DNA of 64,000 bases, taken from contig OZ244720.1 in NCBI GenBank assembly GCA_965219085.1, forward strand, positions 1,536,001 to 1,600,000, in the 5' to 3' direction. The notes beneath the pieces were generated by a model that did no database searches, was not told the DNA's origin, and was given only the letters and a program-made list of their open reading frames with translations. The DNA is from Dehalococcoidia bacterium (GTDB lineage: Bacteria > Chloroflexota > Dehalococcoidia > UBA2979). Shown in pieces: positions 23,019-35,780 of this stretch (the stretch's first letter is position 1; every line of letters starts with the position of its first letter). Made by a program: the position numbers and the translations under genes.

Positions 23019-24008
23019 CTACGAGTTCGAAGCGGAGTCCTGTGGCAGCGCTCCAAAGATACGATGCGCAAGCGTGTTGAGCTCTGTCAGTTCATCACGC
23101 GTCGCGTCGCCTCGGTGTGTCGCCGCGATTGCTATCTCGGACACCGCCACGTGGTCCTTGTTCGCGGGATCGTAGTCGGGGAGATCCACGTATTCGGCTA
23201 CGCTCACGCCGAGAGACAGTTGGGATGCATAGGCGCCGATGGCGTCTGCCGCGACTGGTGCATTGAGCAGCCCCGCAATGAACGAGGCCGGCCGTTCTTC
23301 GTCAAACGGAATGAAAATGAAGTAGAGCTTGTGGTCCGGAATCACCGGGCGCCTGCCCAACCCTTTGATATCAACCGGGCCAGCCAGGGCGGCGATGAAC
23401 CTCCCGCCACTCATCTCCCTCCAAACAACCTTTGTAGGGGCTGAAGGTGTAGGGCCCCGTCGACCATAGCGACCAGTAGGGTTGGCCTCTTTGGTCACGC
23501 CGGTAGCTCCCTCGAGCTTCCAGGTGAGAGCGGAAGGCCGAAAGGAACTTGTGCATACCTGGGCTGTTGGCGGGCAAGTCAGGATCTCCATGCATCCCTC
23601 GTTGAGGTACGAGCACTTGCAGGTCCTCGTCTGTCTTGGCTTGGAATCGAGATACGCCGCGTCCCCGAAGTAGTGGGAACACGTGCTCCGCTTCAACCTG
23701 TCCCGTGCGTCGTGCAACTCCCTTCGTGCGTCCGGCGCTCGGCTCGTTGGTAACGGTTGCAACGCCGTTATCAATCCCGTCGACGCGCACCCAATAGATT
23801 CCATTGCGGTCCGTCGTGATCCCTTTCCGGGCCCGGTAGCTTGTCTTACCAGCGCCGAAGACAGACTTCCATAGAACCAGATCGGATTGCGAGCCGCGCA
23901 GCCATGGGCCTGCGTCTGAACCTGGAACCGGCTCGGCGAAGTAGACGGTGGCAGTGGTTGTCTCCGACAGGCGCAAACCCGATGCGACCGATGCAATCAC
24001 AGCGTCGC
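23019..24008 (-). pseudogene. C-terminal remnant of a type IIG-like restriction-modification/N6-methyltransferase protein, frameshifted
   Basis: RKGITTD..., PLLRGRGVSRF, FSPYK|VVWREMSG split across two frames near 23430; lower GC. Confidence 0.65.
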
Positions 24009-24068
24009 TGACCTGACCCCTTGAAACGGGACCACCGTTGATGAGAGTCCTTTGGCCCATGAAAGTGG

Positions 24069-24365
24069 GTGGAGGAGGACATCACGGTGAAACGACGCAG
24101 GCACACGCCCGAGCAGATCGTGCGGAAGCTGCGCGAGGTGGAGCGGCTGCTCGGTGAGGGGCAGACGATCGCCGAGGCGGCGAAGCAGGTCGAGATCTCG
24201 GAGCAGACCTACCACCGCTGGCGCAACCAGTACGGCGGGATGAAGGCCGACGACGCCAAACGGCTGCGCGAGCTGGAGCGCGAGAACGCCCGGCTGAAGC
24301 GGATCGTCGCCGACAAGGAACTCGAGATCGACGCGCTCAAGGAGATCGCCCGGGGAAACTGGTAA
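24069..24365 (+). CDS. IS3 transposase OrfA
   Basis: KRRRHTPEQIVRKL...TYHRWRNQYGGM...LERENARLKRIVAD. Confidence 0.92.
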   Translation: MEEDITVKRRRHTPEQIVRKLREVERLLGEGQTIAEAAKQVEISEQTYHRWRNQYGGMKADDAKRLRELERENARLKRIVADKELEIDALKEIARGNW

Positions 24366-25219
24366 GCCCGTCGCGCCGGCGCGAGGCAGTCTGCATGTTG
24401 CAGGACCGCCTCGAGTTGTCGGAACGGCGGGCATGCCGGGTCACCGGCCAGCACCGCTCCACACAGCGCCGCCTCCCGGTGCGCGGCCGCGGCGACGACG
24501 CGCTGCGCGCGGAACTCCACGCCTTCTCGCGTGGCCACCCCCGCTGGGGCTACCGCCGGGCCTGGGCGACCTTACGCGAGGAGGGATGGGGCGTGAATCG
24601 CAAGCGGGTGCAACGGCTCTGGCGTGAAGAAGGGCTGCGCGTCCCGGTGAAATGGCGCAAGCGTCAGCGCCTGGGGGACTCGGCGGTGCCCGCCGCCAGG
24701 CTGCGCGCTGAGCGGCCGAACCACGTCTGGGCGCTGGACTTCCAGTTCGACCAGACCGCGGACGGGCGGGTCCTGAAGCTGCTCAACATCGTCGACGAGC
24801 ACACACGGGAGGCGCTGGCGATCGTGGCCGCCAGGAGCATCAACGCCGACGCCACGGCCTCAACGCTCGACGGGATCGTCGCCCGGCGCGGGACGGCGCC
24901 TGGGTACATCCGTTGCGACAATGGGCCCGAGCTCACGGCCAACGCGCTGCGCGACTGGTGCCGGTTCAGCGGTACGGGCAGCAGCTACATCGAGCCCGGT
25001 GCGCCGTGGGAGAACCCGTACGTGGAGTCGTTCAACGGCCGGCTGCGCGACGAGTTCCTGCCGGTCGAGCAGTTCGACAGCCTGCTCGAGGCGCAGGTGC
25101 TGCTCGAGGACTGGCGGATCGAGTACAACACGAAGCGCCCGCATAGCAGCCTGGGCTGGCTCGCCCCGGCTGCCTACGCCGAGCGCTGGGAGACTCAGCT
25201 ACACGCTGGACTCTCATAA
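24362..25219 (+). CDS. IS3 transposase OrfB (DDE; reached by -1 frameshift)
   Basis: WALDF, DNGPE, PGAPWENPYVESFNGRLRDE, YNTKRPHSSLG. Confidence 0.92.
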   Translation, partial: VSPSRRREAVCMLQDRLELSERRACRVTGQHRSTQRRLPVRGRGDDALRAELHAFSRGHPRWGYRRAWATLREEGWGVNRKRVQRLWREEGLRVPVKWRKRQRLGDSAVPAARLRAERPNHVWALDFQFDQTADGRVLKLLNIVDEHTREALAIVAARSINADATASTLDGIVARRGTAPGYIRCDNGPELTANALRDWCRFSGTGSSYIEPGAPWENPYVESFNGRLRDEFLPVEQFDSLLEAQVLLEDWRIEYNTKRPHSSLGWLAPAAYAERWETQLHAGLS

Positions 25220-25248
25220 GCGGTGGACTCGCGAAGGGGGTCCGGTCA

Positions 25249-25581
25249 CTCCTCTGGCCTGCCTTCCTCCCGCGCGAGCAGTTGGCAGTACTCGACGGCT
25301 TGGGCGCGCGCGTGATCTAGTTGGGCCGAGCCTTCTCGGACGAGGCTGCGCGGCGACTCCTACTCGATGACCACAGCCCCGTGCGCGACGTCCAAGAATC
25401 GCGGCCGCCGCGGGTCGCCAGTCCTGAGGAGTTGGTCAAGTTGGAACGGAACCCAAGGGAGGCCTGTTTCCGACGCTGCCTTTGAGAGAGCGTTCTCGAT
25501 CTCATGCCTCAGCGTGGCCTCGTTGCTTGCGTGGGCTGTCGCATGCCCGACCGTACGGACAAGGTCAGTGACTGCGCTAAT
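25249..25581 (-). pseudogene. N-terminal remnant (PD-(D/E)xK-like) of the same restriction-modification gene, with internal TAG
   Basis: NEATLR...FLDVAHGAVVIE*ESPRSL...ARAQAVEY; TAG at 25360-25362; cut by the IS end. Confidence 0.6.
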
Positions 25582-25670
25582 GAGGATCCTCCCGTCGGCC
25601 GTGTCGCTACTGTGGGTATCGCGCGTGGGGTCAGTCGGTTTGATAGCGGCAGGTCGCGCGGCCAGCCAAC

Positions 25671-26753
25671 CTAGTTTGCCCTCCCGAGGCGATCCAGCAG
25701 GCCGTCCTCCCAGGCCCAGTCGAAGGGCTGCGACTCGTACAGGCCCTCTGAGCGGTACCACTCGTAGGTCTGCTCGACGGCCGAGCGGAACGTGTAGGCG
25801 GGCGCCCAGCCGACGTCGCGGTGGAGCCGCTCGATCGAGAACACCGTGTTCTCGTTCCAGCGATGGATGTACGGCGCCAAGCGCTGAATCATCTGCTGGA
25901 GGTACGGCAGGTTGCGCTGGCTCACAGGCGCGGTCACGGCGCCGAAGTTGCCCGGCTCCTCGGGGTCGTCGGCGAGCGGGATCTGGCCGTCGTAGACGGC
26001 GTCCATCGTGTCGGGCGGGATGAACACCTTGTCCGCCTCGACGCCGAGGATGTCGGCGAAGGTGTCGACGTAGCCCTCGTCGCTCCAGTAGTCGCGGCCG
26101 GTCAGGTTGTAGCGCTTGCCGTAGGTCTGCGGCTGCTGCATGAGCATGCGCATCGCGGTCGCCTCGTCGTCGACGTGGCCGATCTGGCTGAGCGTGGTGC
26201 CGTCGCCGGGGATGAGCACGGGCCGGCCCAGCAGCAGGCGGCTGAACATGCGCTGCTCGCGCACGGGGATGATGTTGTGCGGCCCGAACACCATCGAGAA
26301 CGGCACGATGGTGGCGGGGAAGCCGTTCTGGCGGTACTCGCGCAGCAGGATCGCCTCGCAGGCCAGCTTGTCGAGGCCGTACTGGGACTGCCGCTCGGTG
26401 CCGTCGACAGGCGAGCTCTCGCGGATCGGCAGCAGCTTCGTGGCGGCGTAGATCACGGTCGAGCTGGCGAAGATGTAGTGGCCGGTGCGGCCGCGGAAGA
26501 TGTCGACCATGCTCTCGACGTCGGCCGGGGTGTAGGCAGAGATGTCCTGGATGCAGTCGAACTCCTCGCCGGCGAAGACCTCGCGCATGCCGTCGTGGTC
26601 GGTGCGGTCGCCGTAGAGGCGGCGCACGCCGCGCGGCAGCGTCGCCTCGGTCTGGCCGCGGTTGAAGATCGTGACGTCGTGGCCGTGCCTGGCCAGCTCG
26701 TGGACGAGGGCGAGCCCGTTGAAGCGCGTCCCGCCCATCACCAGCACCTTCAT
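25671..26753 (-). CDS. NAD-dependent epimerase/dehydratase family protein
   Basis: MKVLVMGGTRFNG, YGLDK (YxxxK). Confidence 0.92.
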   Translation of the reverse strand: MKVLVMGGTRFNGLALVHELARHGHDVTIFNRGQTEATLPRGVRRLYGDRTDHDGMREVFAGEEFDCIQDISAYTPADVESMVDIFRGRTGHYIFASSTVIYAATKLLPIRESSPVDGTERQSQYGLDKLACEAILLREYRQNGFPATIVPFSMVFGPHNIIPVREQRMFSRLLLGRPVLIPGDGTTLSQIGHVDDEATAMRMLMQQPQTYGKRYNLTGRDYWSDEGYVDTFADILGVEADKVFIPPDTMDAVYDGQIPLADDPEEPGNFGAVTAPVSQRNLPYLQQMIQRLAPYIHRWNENTVFSIERLHRDVGWAPAYTFRSAVEQTYEWYRSEGLYESQPFDWAWEDGLLDRLGRAN

Positions 26754-26814
26754 CGTGGCCTCCTTGCGTGTTGGGTGCGTGTCGTCTGGCGCTTGTGCCG
26801 TTAGCCGGTTTCCC

Positions 26815-27498
26815 TCAACGCGGGGATACCCCGCGGGCCAGGGCCTCGGCGAAGAACGGCCCGACGGCCTGCTCGATCGCGTACTCGTCGCCCCACCAGA
26901 AGTGGTCGGCGCCGGCGACGACGCGCACCGTCGCCTCGCCCGCGCACGCCGCGGCGAGGGCGTTCAGGCCGTCCTCGCTGCTGCCCTCGTCGTCGCTGCC
27001 GGAGATGAGGAGCAGCGGGCCCGTGTAGGCCCCGAGGGTTTCGCTCGCGCCCTCGGCCATCATCAGCGGCAGCGAGATCAGCGCGAGCGCCGGCAGCGCG
27101 TCGCTCACGACGCCCACCACCGTGCCCGCGCCGAAGGAGTAGCCGGCGAGGGCGACGCGGTCGGCGTCGATCTCGTCGAGGGTGGCGACGTAGGCGAGCA
27201 CTGTCGTGGCGTCGGTGAGCGCCTCGTCGCGGTCACCGGCGACGCCGTCGCTGGCGCCGACGCCGCGGAAGTTGAACATCACGGCGGCGATGCCGCGCGC
27301 GACGACGCTGGAGGCGACGGCGGCGACGACGTTGTTGTGCATCGACCCGCCGTACTGCGGGTGCGGGTGGCAGATCACGACCGCGGGGAACGGGCCTGTA
27401 TCTGCATGCGGGGATACCCCGCTGGCTCCCTCGGGCAGCGTGAGCACGCCTTCGAGGCTGGCGCCGTCGCTCTCGATGGTGATGCGGCGTTGCGGCAT
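26815..27498 (-). CDS. Alpha/beta hydrolase
   Basis: CHPHPQYGGSM, FNFRGVG, GYSFG, GADHF. Confidence 0.92.
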   Translation of the reverse strand: MPQRRITIESDGASLEGVLTLPEGASGVSPHADTGPFPAVVICHPHPQYGGSMHNNVVAAVASSVVARGIAAVMFNFRGVGASDGVAGDRDEALTDATTVLAYVATLDEIDADRVALAGYSFGAGTVVGVVSDALPALALISLPLMMAEGASETLGAYTGPLLLISGSDDEGSSEDGLNALAAACAGEATVRVVAGADHFWWGDEYAIEQAVGPFFAEALARGVSPR

Positions 27499-27626
27499 GG
27501 CGGCTCCCCCGTGGGCTTGCGGTGCGCTCGGTGCGCTCAGTGCGGCGCAGCCTACCGCATCGGCGGGGCGTCGCGACGCGACGGTGGCGAGGGTATGCTC
27601 GCGCTCCGGAAAGAGGAGGGTGAACA

Positions 27627-28058
27627 GTGCCGAAATTCCAGTACTTCTCCGTGGCCGTGCGCGACCTCGAGGCGGGCATCAAGCGCTACGAAGAGATGTT
27701 CGGGCTCAAGCAGACGGGCGAGATCTTCGAGCAGCGGTGGGGCTTCCGCGGCGTCATGATGGGCAACGACGACGGCAACATGCTCGAGCTGATCTCGCCG
27801 CAGCGCGAGGACTCGGCGCTCAAGCGCTTCATGGACATGCGCTCAGGCGACGCGTACCCGGACGGCGAGGGCCTCTACCTGATCGGCATGGAGGTCGACG
27901 ACATCGACGAGGCGGTGCAGCGCGCGCAGGACGCCGGCGCCACCGTCACGCTCGAGGAGGAGTCGCCGACGAGCGCGTGGATCCACCCGCTCAGCAACGG
28001 CAACGTCTTCGTCGAGTTCAACCAGGTCAGCGACGACGACGAAGAGGGCGACGGCTAG
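27627..28058 (+). CDS. VOC/glyoxalase family protein (methylmalonyl-CoA epimerase-like)
   Basis: VAVRDLE...LELISP...GEGLY.I.MEVDDI...WIHP...VFVEF. Confidence 0.85.
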   Translation: MPKFQYFSVAVRDLEAGIKRYEEMFGLKQTGEIFEQRWGFRGVMMGNDDGNMLELISPQREDSALKRFMDMRSGDAYPDGEGLYLIGMEVDDIDEAVQRAQDAGATVTLEEESPTSAWIHPLSNGNVFVEFNQVSDDDEEGDG

Positions 28059-28218
28059 CCGCTCCCCCGCTTCCCCGGGGCTTTGTGCTGCTCCTCCGCG
28101 CAGCGCGGGATCGCAGCGGCGCGCGCCGTTAGCATCGAACGCAGCACGCCCGTGCGTCGCACGGGTGCTACCGGCCCCGCATCGCGGGGCCGGGTGGCGC
28201 GCGAGCGCCGGGGGGGAC

Positions 28219-29442
28219 ATGCGCCAGGCCCTCGTCCTCATCACGCTTGCGACGCTGGTGACGGCGCCGGCGCTGTACCTGCGCGTCACCGGCAGCCACA
28301 TCGAACTCGTCACCGACACGGCGCTGTACGGGCTCGCGATCGTGGCGGCGGCGTTCCTGCTGGCCTGGGCGGCCGAGGCGGCGGAGGTCGACATCTCGCA
28401 GGCGCTCGCGGTCGCGTTCATCGCGTTCGTGGCGGTGCTGCCGGAGTACGCCGTCGACCTCACGTTCGCGTGGAAGGCGGGCCAGGACCCGGAGTACGCG
28501 CCGTTTGCGGTGGCGAACATGACCGGCGCGAACCGGCTGCTGATCGGCATCGGCTGGTCGGCAGTGTTCTTCATCTTCTGGATCCGGACGCGCGGCAACG
28601 TGCTGAGCCTGGGCCGCGGTAACGCGCTCGACGTGGTCGCGCTGGGGGCGGCGACGCTGTACTCGTTCACGATCCCGCTCAAGGGCTCGATCAGCCTGTT
28701 CGACACGGTGATCCTGTTCGCGATCTTCATCGCGTACATCTACGGCGTCTCGCGCGCGGAGGGCGAGGAGCCGCACCTCGTCGGTCCGGCCGCGTGGCTC
28801 GGGGGACTCGCGCAGAAGCGACGCCGCGCGGCGAACGCGTGGCTGTTCATCTTCTCCGCCGCCGTGATCCTCGCCTCGGCCGAGCACTTCGCCGAGGGAC
28901 TCGTCGAGAGCGGGACGAAGCTCGGCATCGACGAGTTCCTGCTGGTGCAGTGGCTGGCGCCGCTGGCATCGGAGGCGCCCGAGTTCCTGGTGGCGGGCAT
29001 CCTCGCGTTCCGCGGGCGCGCGGCGGTGGGGCTGGCGGCGCTGCTGTCGTCGAAGGTGAACCAGTGGACGCTGCTGGTGGGGGGCTTGCCGGTGGCGTTC
29101 AGCATCTCGGGCGAGACGCTGGGCGGTTTGCCGCTGGACGGCCGGCAGACCGAGGAGGTGCTCCTGACGGCGGCGCAGTCGCTGTTCGCAGTGATGGTGC
29201 TGGTCAATCTCAGCCTCGGACGCTACGAGGCGGGGGCGCTGCTCGGCCTGTTCCTGGTCCAGTTCCTGATCCCGATCAGCGAGGTGCGGCTGGTGATCGC
29301 GGGCATCTACATCGTGCTGGCGGTGGTGCTGATGGTCCGCGAGCGCCGCGAGCTGCGGCAGCTGATCGGGTGGGCGCGGATGGCGATCCAGGACCGGGAG
29401 CGGCTGGATGCCGAGTCCAGCGGGGGCACATCGCACGGATGA
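28219..29442 (+). CDS. Ca2+:cation (Na/Ca, Na/H) antiporter family
   Basis: AVLPEYAVD, ANMTGANRLL, LAPLASEAPEF, SSKVNQWTLL; many TM helices. Confidence 0.88.
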   Translation: MRQALVLITLATLVTAPALYLRVTGSHIELVTDTALYGLAIVAAAFLLAWAAEAAEVDISQALAVAFIAFVAVLPEYAVDLTFAWKAGQDPEYAPFAVANMTGANRLLIGIGWSAVFFIFWIRTRGNVLSLGRGNALDVVALGAATLYSFTIPLKGSISLFDTVILFAIFIAYIYGVSRAEGEEPHLVGPAAWLGGLAQKRRRAANAWLFIFSAAVILASAEHFAEGLVESGTKLGIDEFLLVQWLAPLASEAPEFLVAGILAFRGRAAVGLAALLSSKVNQWTLLVGGLPVAFSISGETLGGLPLDGRQTEEVLLTAAQSLFAVMVLVNLSLGRYEAGALLGLFLVQFLIPISEVRLVIAGIYIVLAVVLMVRERRELRQLIGWARMAIQDRERLDAESSGGTSHG

Positions 29443-29461
29443 GCGCTACAGGAGTCGTCAG

Positions 29462-29704
29462 ATGAGCGCGGCAACGATCGAGGACTACCTGAGGCGGCCG
29501 TACCACATCGAGATCGTCACGAGCGAGAGCGAGGACGGCGACTCCGGCTGGGTCGCGGAGGTGCGCGAACTCAAGGGCTGTATCGCCCAGGGACGCACGC
29601 ACGCAGAGCTCTTCGAGAACACCGAGCGCGCGATGACCGCGTGGATCGACGACGCCTTGCACGCGGGCGATCCCATCCCGGGCCCGACCGAGGCTTCGTC
29701 CTAG
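29462..29704 (+). CDS. HicB-family antitoxin (orphan)
   Basis: GWVAEVRELKGCIAQGRT.AE...WI..AL..G.PIP. Confidence 0.85.
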   Translation: MSAATIEDYLRRPYHIEIVTSESEDGDSGWVAEVRELKGCIAQGRTHAELFENTERAMTAWIDDALHAGDPIPGPTEASS

Positions 29705-30551
29705 AGTTCGATGATCTCGGCCGGCTCGGGCGCAGGAATGCGGCGTTCGCGCGGCGCGCGGGCGGCCTCCAGGCGCGATAGCAACGCCAGCGCCTTGCGC
29801 GTGTCCGACGCCACCCGCGCCGGCTCGGCCAGCCGGAAGCGGTACTTCGAGCACCAGTACGTGAACGCCGCCAGCTCCGCCTGGCTCACGTTCGACCCGA
29901 GGCTGGCCCCGGTCTCGGCGCGGTACTCAGCGGTGAGTTCGGCGAACGTCTTGCCGTAGACGCGCTCGTAGGCAGCCACGTCGGAGGGCTCGCCGCGCGG
30001 GCCCTCCAGGTGGCGCGCCTTGTGCAGGTCCTGCTCGGCCTGCAGCAGCAGCGCCTCCTCGACCGTCACGCCGTACTGGAAGTTGAGGTGCGCGCGGTAC
30101 TTCTCACGGCCGATGGTGCGCGCGAACGCCTCCTCCGAGGGGTCCTCGCCCACAGGCGGCTTGCCTTCGAACAGCAGCCGCTCCGCCTCTTTGGCCGGGA
30201 CGAGCTCGCCGGCGGCGTCGATCAGGCGCTCGGCGAGCCGCCGCCAGTCGAACGCCTCGCCGCCGAGCAGGTAGCGGTACGTCGCATCGTCGACCGTCTC
30301 CTCGGGCGTCACCCAGCGCGCCACGACGCCGAGCAGCGCCGGGTACCACGGCTCGCCGGCGTGCAGCGCGTCGAGGAACGCCTCGACGCCATCTTCGGCG
30401 CCGAGCGGGGGCAGGAGCGGCAGGTCCGAGTCGGCGAAGGTGTCGAATCCCGGGTGGGTCTCCGCGCCGGGTGCGCGCCGGGCGCCGTTGCCGCGGGACG
30501 TGGATGCGCCCGCGCGCCGCGAGCGCTTCGTCGTGCCGCCGCGGGCGGGGG

Positions 30552-30555
<4 letters not shown>
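29701..30555 (-). CDS. Hypothetical protein coupled to secA
   Basis: GTG start overlaps the secA stop; protein-like composition (YLLGGEAFDW..., ASDTRKAL). Confidence 0.75.
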
Positions 30556-33119
<2,564 letters not shown>

Positions 33120-33141
33120 GGTTGACTCCGCGGGCGGGCGG

Positions 33142-34110
33142 CTAGCGGAACAGCTCGCCGACGGACCCGCCGGTGTGGATGCGGTGCATCGCGTCGCCGA
33201 AGTACGGCGCCACCGAGAGCACGTGCGTCTTTACGTTCTGGAACGAGTTTTCGGCGACAGGCACCGTGTCGGTGAAGACCAGCTCGGAGATGTCGGTCGT
33301 GTCGAGGCGCTCGAAGCCGGCGCCCGCGAACAGCGGGTGGATCGTCCCGACGTAGACCGAGCGCGCGCGATTGCGGCGCAGCAGCTCGAGCGCGCCGGCG
33401 ACGGTGCCGCCGGTGAGGATCTCATCGTCGACGATGATCGCGTCGCGGTCCTCCACCTCGCCGATGATCGTCATCGCCTCGGCCTGCTCGTTGTTGGAGC
33501 TGCGGCGCTTGTCGACGATGGCGAGCTCGGCGCGGAGGCGCTCGGCGACGTCGCGCGCGTTCTTCGCGCCGCCGACGTCGGTGGCGACGATCACGGGGCG
33601 CGGGAGGTTGAGCGAGCGGAAGTACTCGGCGAGGTGTGGCTGCGCGTGCAGCTCGTCGAGCGGGATGTTGAAGAAGCCCTGGATCTGCCCGGCGTGGAGG
33701 TCCATCGTTAGCACGCGGTCGGCCCCGGCGACCTCGATGAAGTTCGCGACGAGGCGCGCGGTGATGGGGACGCGGGGCTGGTCCTTCTTGTCGGAGCGCC
33801 CGTACGCGAAGTACGGGATCACCGCGGTGATGCGGCCCGCCGAGGCGCGCTTGGCGGCGTCGATCATGATGAACAGCTCCATGAGGCGGGTGTTCACCGG
33901 CGGGGCGATGGGCTGGATCAGGAAGACGTCGCGCTCGCGGATGTTGTCCAGGAAGCGCACGAAGATGTTGCCGTTGGAGAACTCGAACACCTCGTTGCGG
34001 CCGAGGGGCATCTCGAGGTGCCTGCAGACAGCCTCGGCGAACGCACGGTGCGCGTTGCCGCTGAACACCGCCATCTCGCGGTATACGCCGAGGTTGTCCG
34101 GCTCGTTCAT
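33142..34110 (-). CDS. prs: Ribose-phosphate pyrophosphokinase
   Basis: PYFAYGRSDKK, DLHAGQIQGFF, IVDDEILTGGT. Confidence 0.96.
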   Translation of the reverse strand: MNEPDNLGVYREMAVFSGNAHRAFAEAVCRHLEMPLGRNEVFEFSNGNIFVRFLDNIRERDVFLIQPIAPPVNTRLMELFIMIDAAKRASAGRITAVIPYFAYGRSDKKDQPRVPITARLVANFIEVAGADRVLTMDLHAGQIQGFFNIPLDELHAQPHLAEYFRSLNLPRPVIVATDVGGAKNARDVAERLRAELAIVDKRRSSNNEQAEAMTIIGEVEDRDAIIVDDEILTGGTVAGALELLRRNRARSVYVGTIHPLFAGAGFERLDTTDISELVFTDTVPVAENSFQNVKTHVLSVAPYFGDAMHRIHTGGSVGELFR

Positions 34111-34314
34111 GCCTCCACCACTCAGTCCGCGCTACCTGCGCTGCGTTGTGCGTATCATGCGTCGCCGGAAAGCTGGCGACGCCAGGGAGCAGCGCTGCCG
34201 GCGCCGCACGCAGGCCCGCTTCGGCGGGGGTGCTCCGATGGTACCATGAGGGCCCGCGGGCTCACGGTGAGTCTGCTCCCGTTTGAGGGATAACCGAGGG
34301 ATTCGGCGGCCGCC

Positions 34315-35487
34315 ATGGATTTTGAGTTCACCCCGGATGAGGAACGGTTCCGAGCAGAACTGCGCCAACTCCTGACCTCGCAGTTGCCCGGCGACTGGGC
34401 CAGGCGTGGCGTGGCCGAACCGATTGACTCCGAGGAGCGCTATGCCCTCGCCGATGTGATCTCGAAGCAGCTCGCCGAGCGCAAGTGGCTGACCATGGCC
34501 TGGCCCGAGGAGCACGGCGGCCTCGATGCCACCTACCTGATGCAGTACCTCTTCAACGAGGAGATGGCGTACCTCGACGCGCCGGGTGGCGGCGGCGTCG
34601 GCGTCAGCTCGGTCGGCCCCGCGATCATGATGTTCGGCGACAGCGAGCAACAGCGGCTCTACCTCCCGCGCATCGCCAACGCCGACGACCGCTGGGCCGC
34701 GCTCTACTCCGAGCCCGGCGCCGGCTCCGACCTCGCCGCCATCCAGACGCGCGCCGTCCGCGACGGCGACGAGTACGTCATCAACGGCCTCAAGACGTGG
34801 GTCGCCGGCGCCGACCGCGCCACCATGGGCTGGCTCGCCGCCCGAACCGACCCCAGCGCCCCCAAGCACCGCGGCCTCTCCACCTTCGCCATCCCGATGG
34901 ACGGCCCGGGCGTCGAGATCCGCCCGATCGAGAACCTCGCGGGCGAGCGCCAGCTCTCCGAGGTGCTCCTCCACGACGTCCGTGTGCCCGTCGAGAATCG
35001 CGTCGGCCCCGAGAATCGCGGCTGGTACCACGTCGCCTCAACGCTCGACTTCGAGCGCTCCGGGGTCGCCTCGTACGCGCGCGGCAAGCGGCACGTCGAG
35101 CAGCTCGTGGACCTCGTGAAGGAGAACTCGGCGCTGGCCGACCAGAGCGCGGCGGTGCGTTATGAGCTGGCCGACCGCTGGATCGAGCTGCAGGTCGGGT
35201 TCAACGTCGCGCAGCGCATCCCGTGGCTACAGACGCAGGGCATCTCCCCGAACCACGAGGCGTCGGTCTCGAAGGTCTACGGGTCGGAGATGACGCAGCG
35301 CATCGCCGGGACGGGCATCCGGCTGCTCGGGATGGCGGGATTGCTCCAGCGCGGCAGCGACGGCGCCCCCGCGGGCGGCGCGTTCGCGCGCCACTACCTG
35401 ACCTCGGCCGGCAGCACGATCGCGGCCGGCACGTCCGAGATCCAGCGCAACATCATCGCCCAGCGCGGGCTCGGGCTGCCGAGGTAG
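34315..35487 (+). CDS. Acyl-CoA dehydrogenase family protein
   Basis: YSEPGAGSDLA, INGLKTW, TIAAGTSEIQRNII. Confidence 0.93.
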   Translation: MDFEFTPDEERFRAELRQLLTSQLPGDWARRGVAEPIDSEERYALADVISKQLAERKWLTMAWPEEHGGLDATYLMQYLFNEEMAYLDAPGGGGVGVSSVGPAIMMFGDSEQQRLYLPRIANADDRWAALYSEPGAGSDLAAIQTRAVRDGDEYVINGLKTWVAGADRATMGWLAARTDPSAPKHRGLSTFAIPMDGPGVEIRPIENLAGERQLSEVLLHDVRVPVENRVGPENRGWYHVASTLDFERSGVASYARGKRHVEQLVDLVKENSALADQSAAVRYELADRWIELQVGFNVAQRIPWLQTQGISPNHEASVSKVYGSEMTQRIAGTGIRLLGMAGLLQRGSDGAPAGGAFARHYLTSAGSTIAAGTSEIQRNIIAQRGLGLPR

Positions 35488-35510
35488 CGCGGCACTTCGG
35501 GGGACAGTCG

Positions 35511-35768
35511 ATGACGCGGATCACGTTGCACGACCTCGACGACAACACCGCTGCGGTGCTGCGCGCCCGCGCCACGAAGCACGGGCGTTCGGTGGAGCAG
35601 GAGGCGTGCGCGATCATCCGTGAGGCGCTGGGCAATGCGGATGCCCCGCCCGAGCGACCGCCGGAGAAGCTCGGCACCGCGATTAACGAGCTCTTCAAGC
35701 CGTTTGGGATCAAAGAACTCCCAATCCCGCCGCGCGAACCTGCGCGCGAACCTCCGACTTTCGACTGA
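35511..35768 (+). CDS. FitA-like ribbon-helix-helix antitoxin
   Basis: ITLHDLDD...LRARATKHGRSVEQE; directly upstream of a PIN toxin. Confidence 0.88.
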   Translation: MTRITLHDLDDNTAAVLRARATKHGRSVEQEACAIIREALGNADAPPERPPEKLGTAINELFKPFGIKELPIPPREPAREPPTFD

Positions 35769-35780
35769 TCGCCGAGCCTG

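Larger units (their letters stand above)
24009..25248 (+). mobile_element. IS3-family insertion sequence, 1240 bp
   Basis: IRL TGACCTGACCCCTTGAAACGGGACCACC; IRR reverse complement TGACCGGACCCCCTTCGCGAGTCCACC; orfA/orfB with GGGGAAAC slippery site. Confidence 0.93.

Noticed and set aside
25360-25362. Recoded TAG (pyrrolysine) in the R-M fragment
   Set aside because: The gene is also IS-disrupted and frameshifted, so a nonsense mutation is simpler
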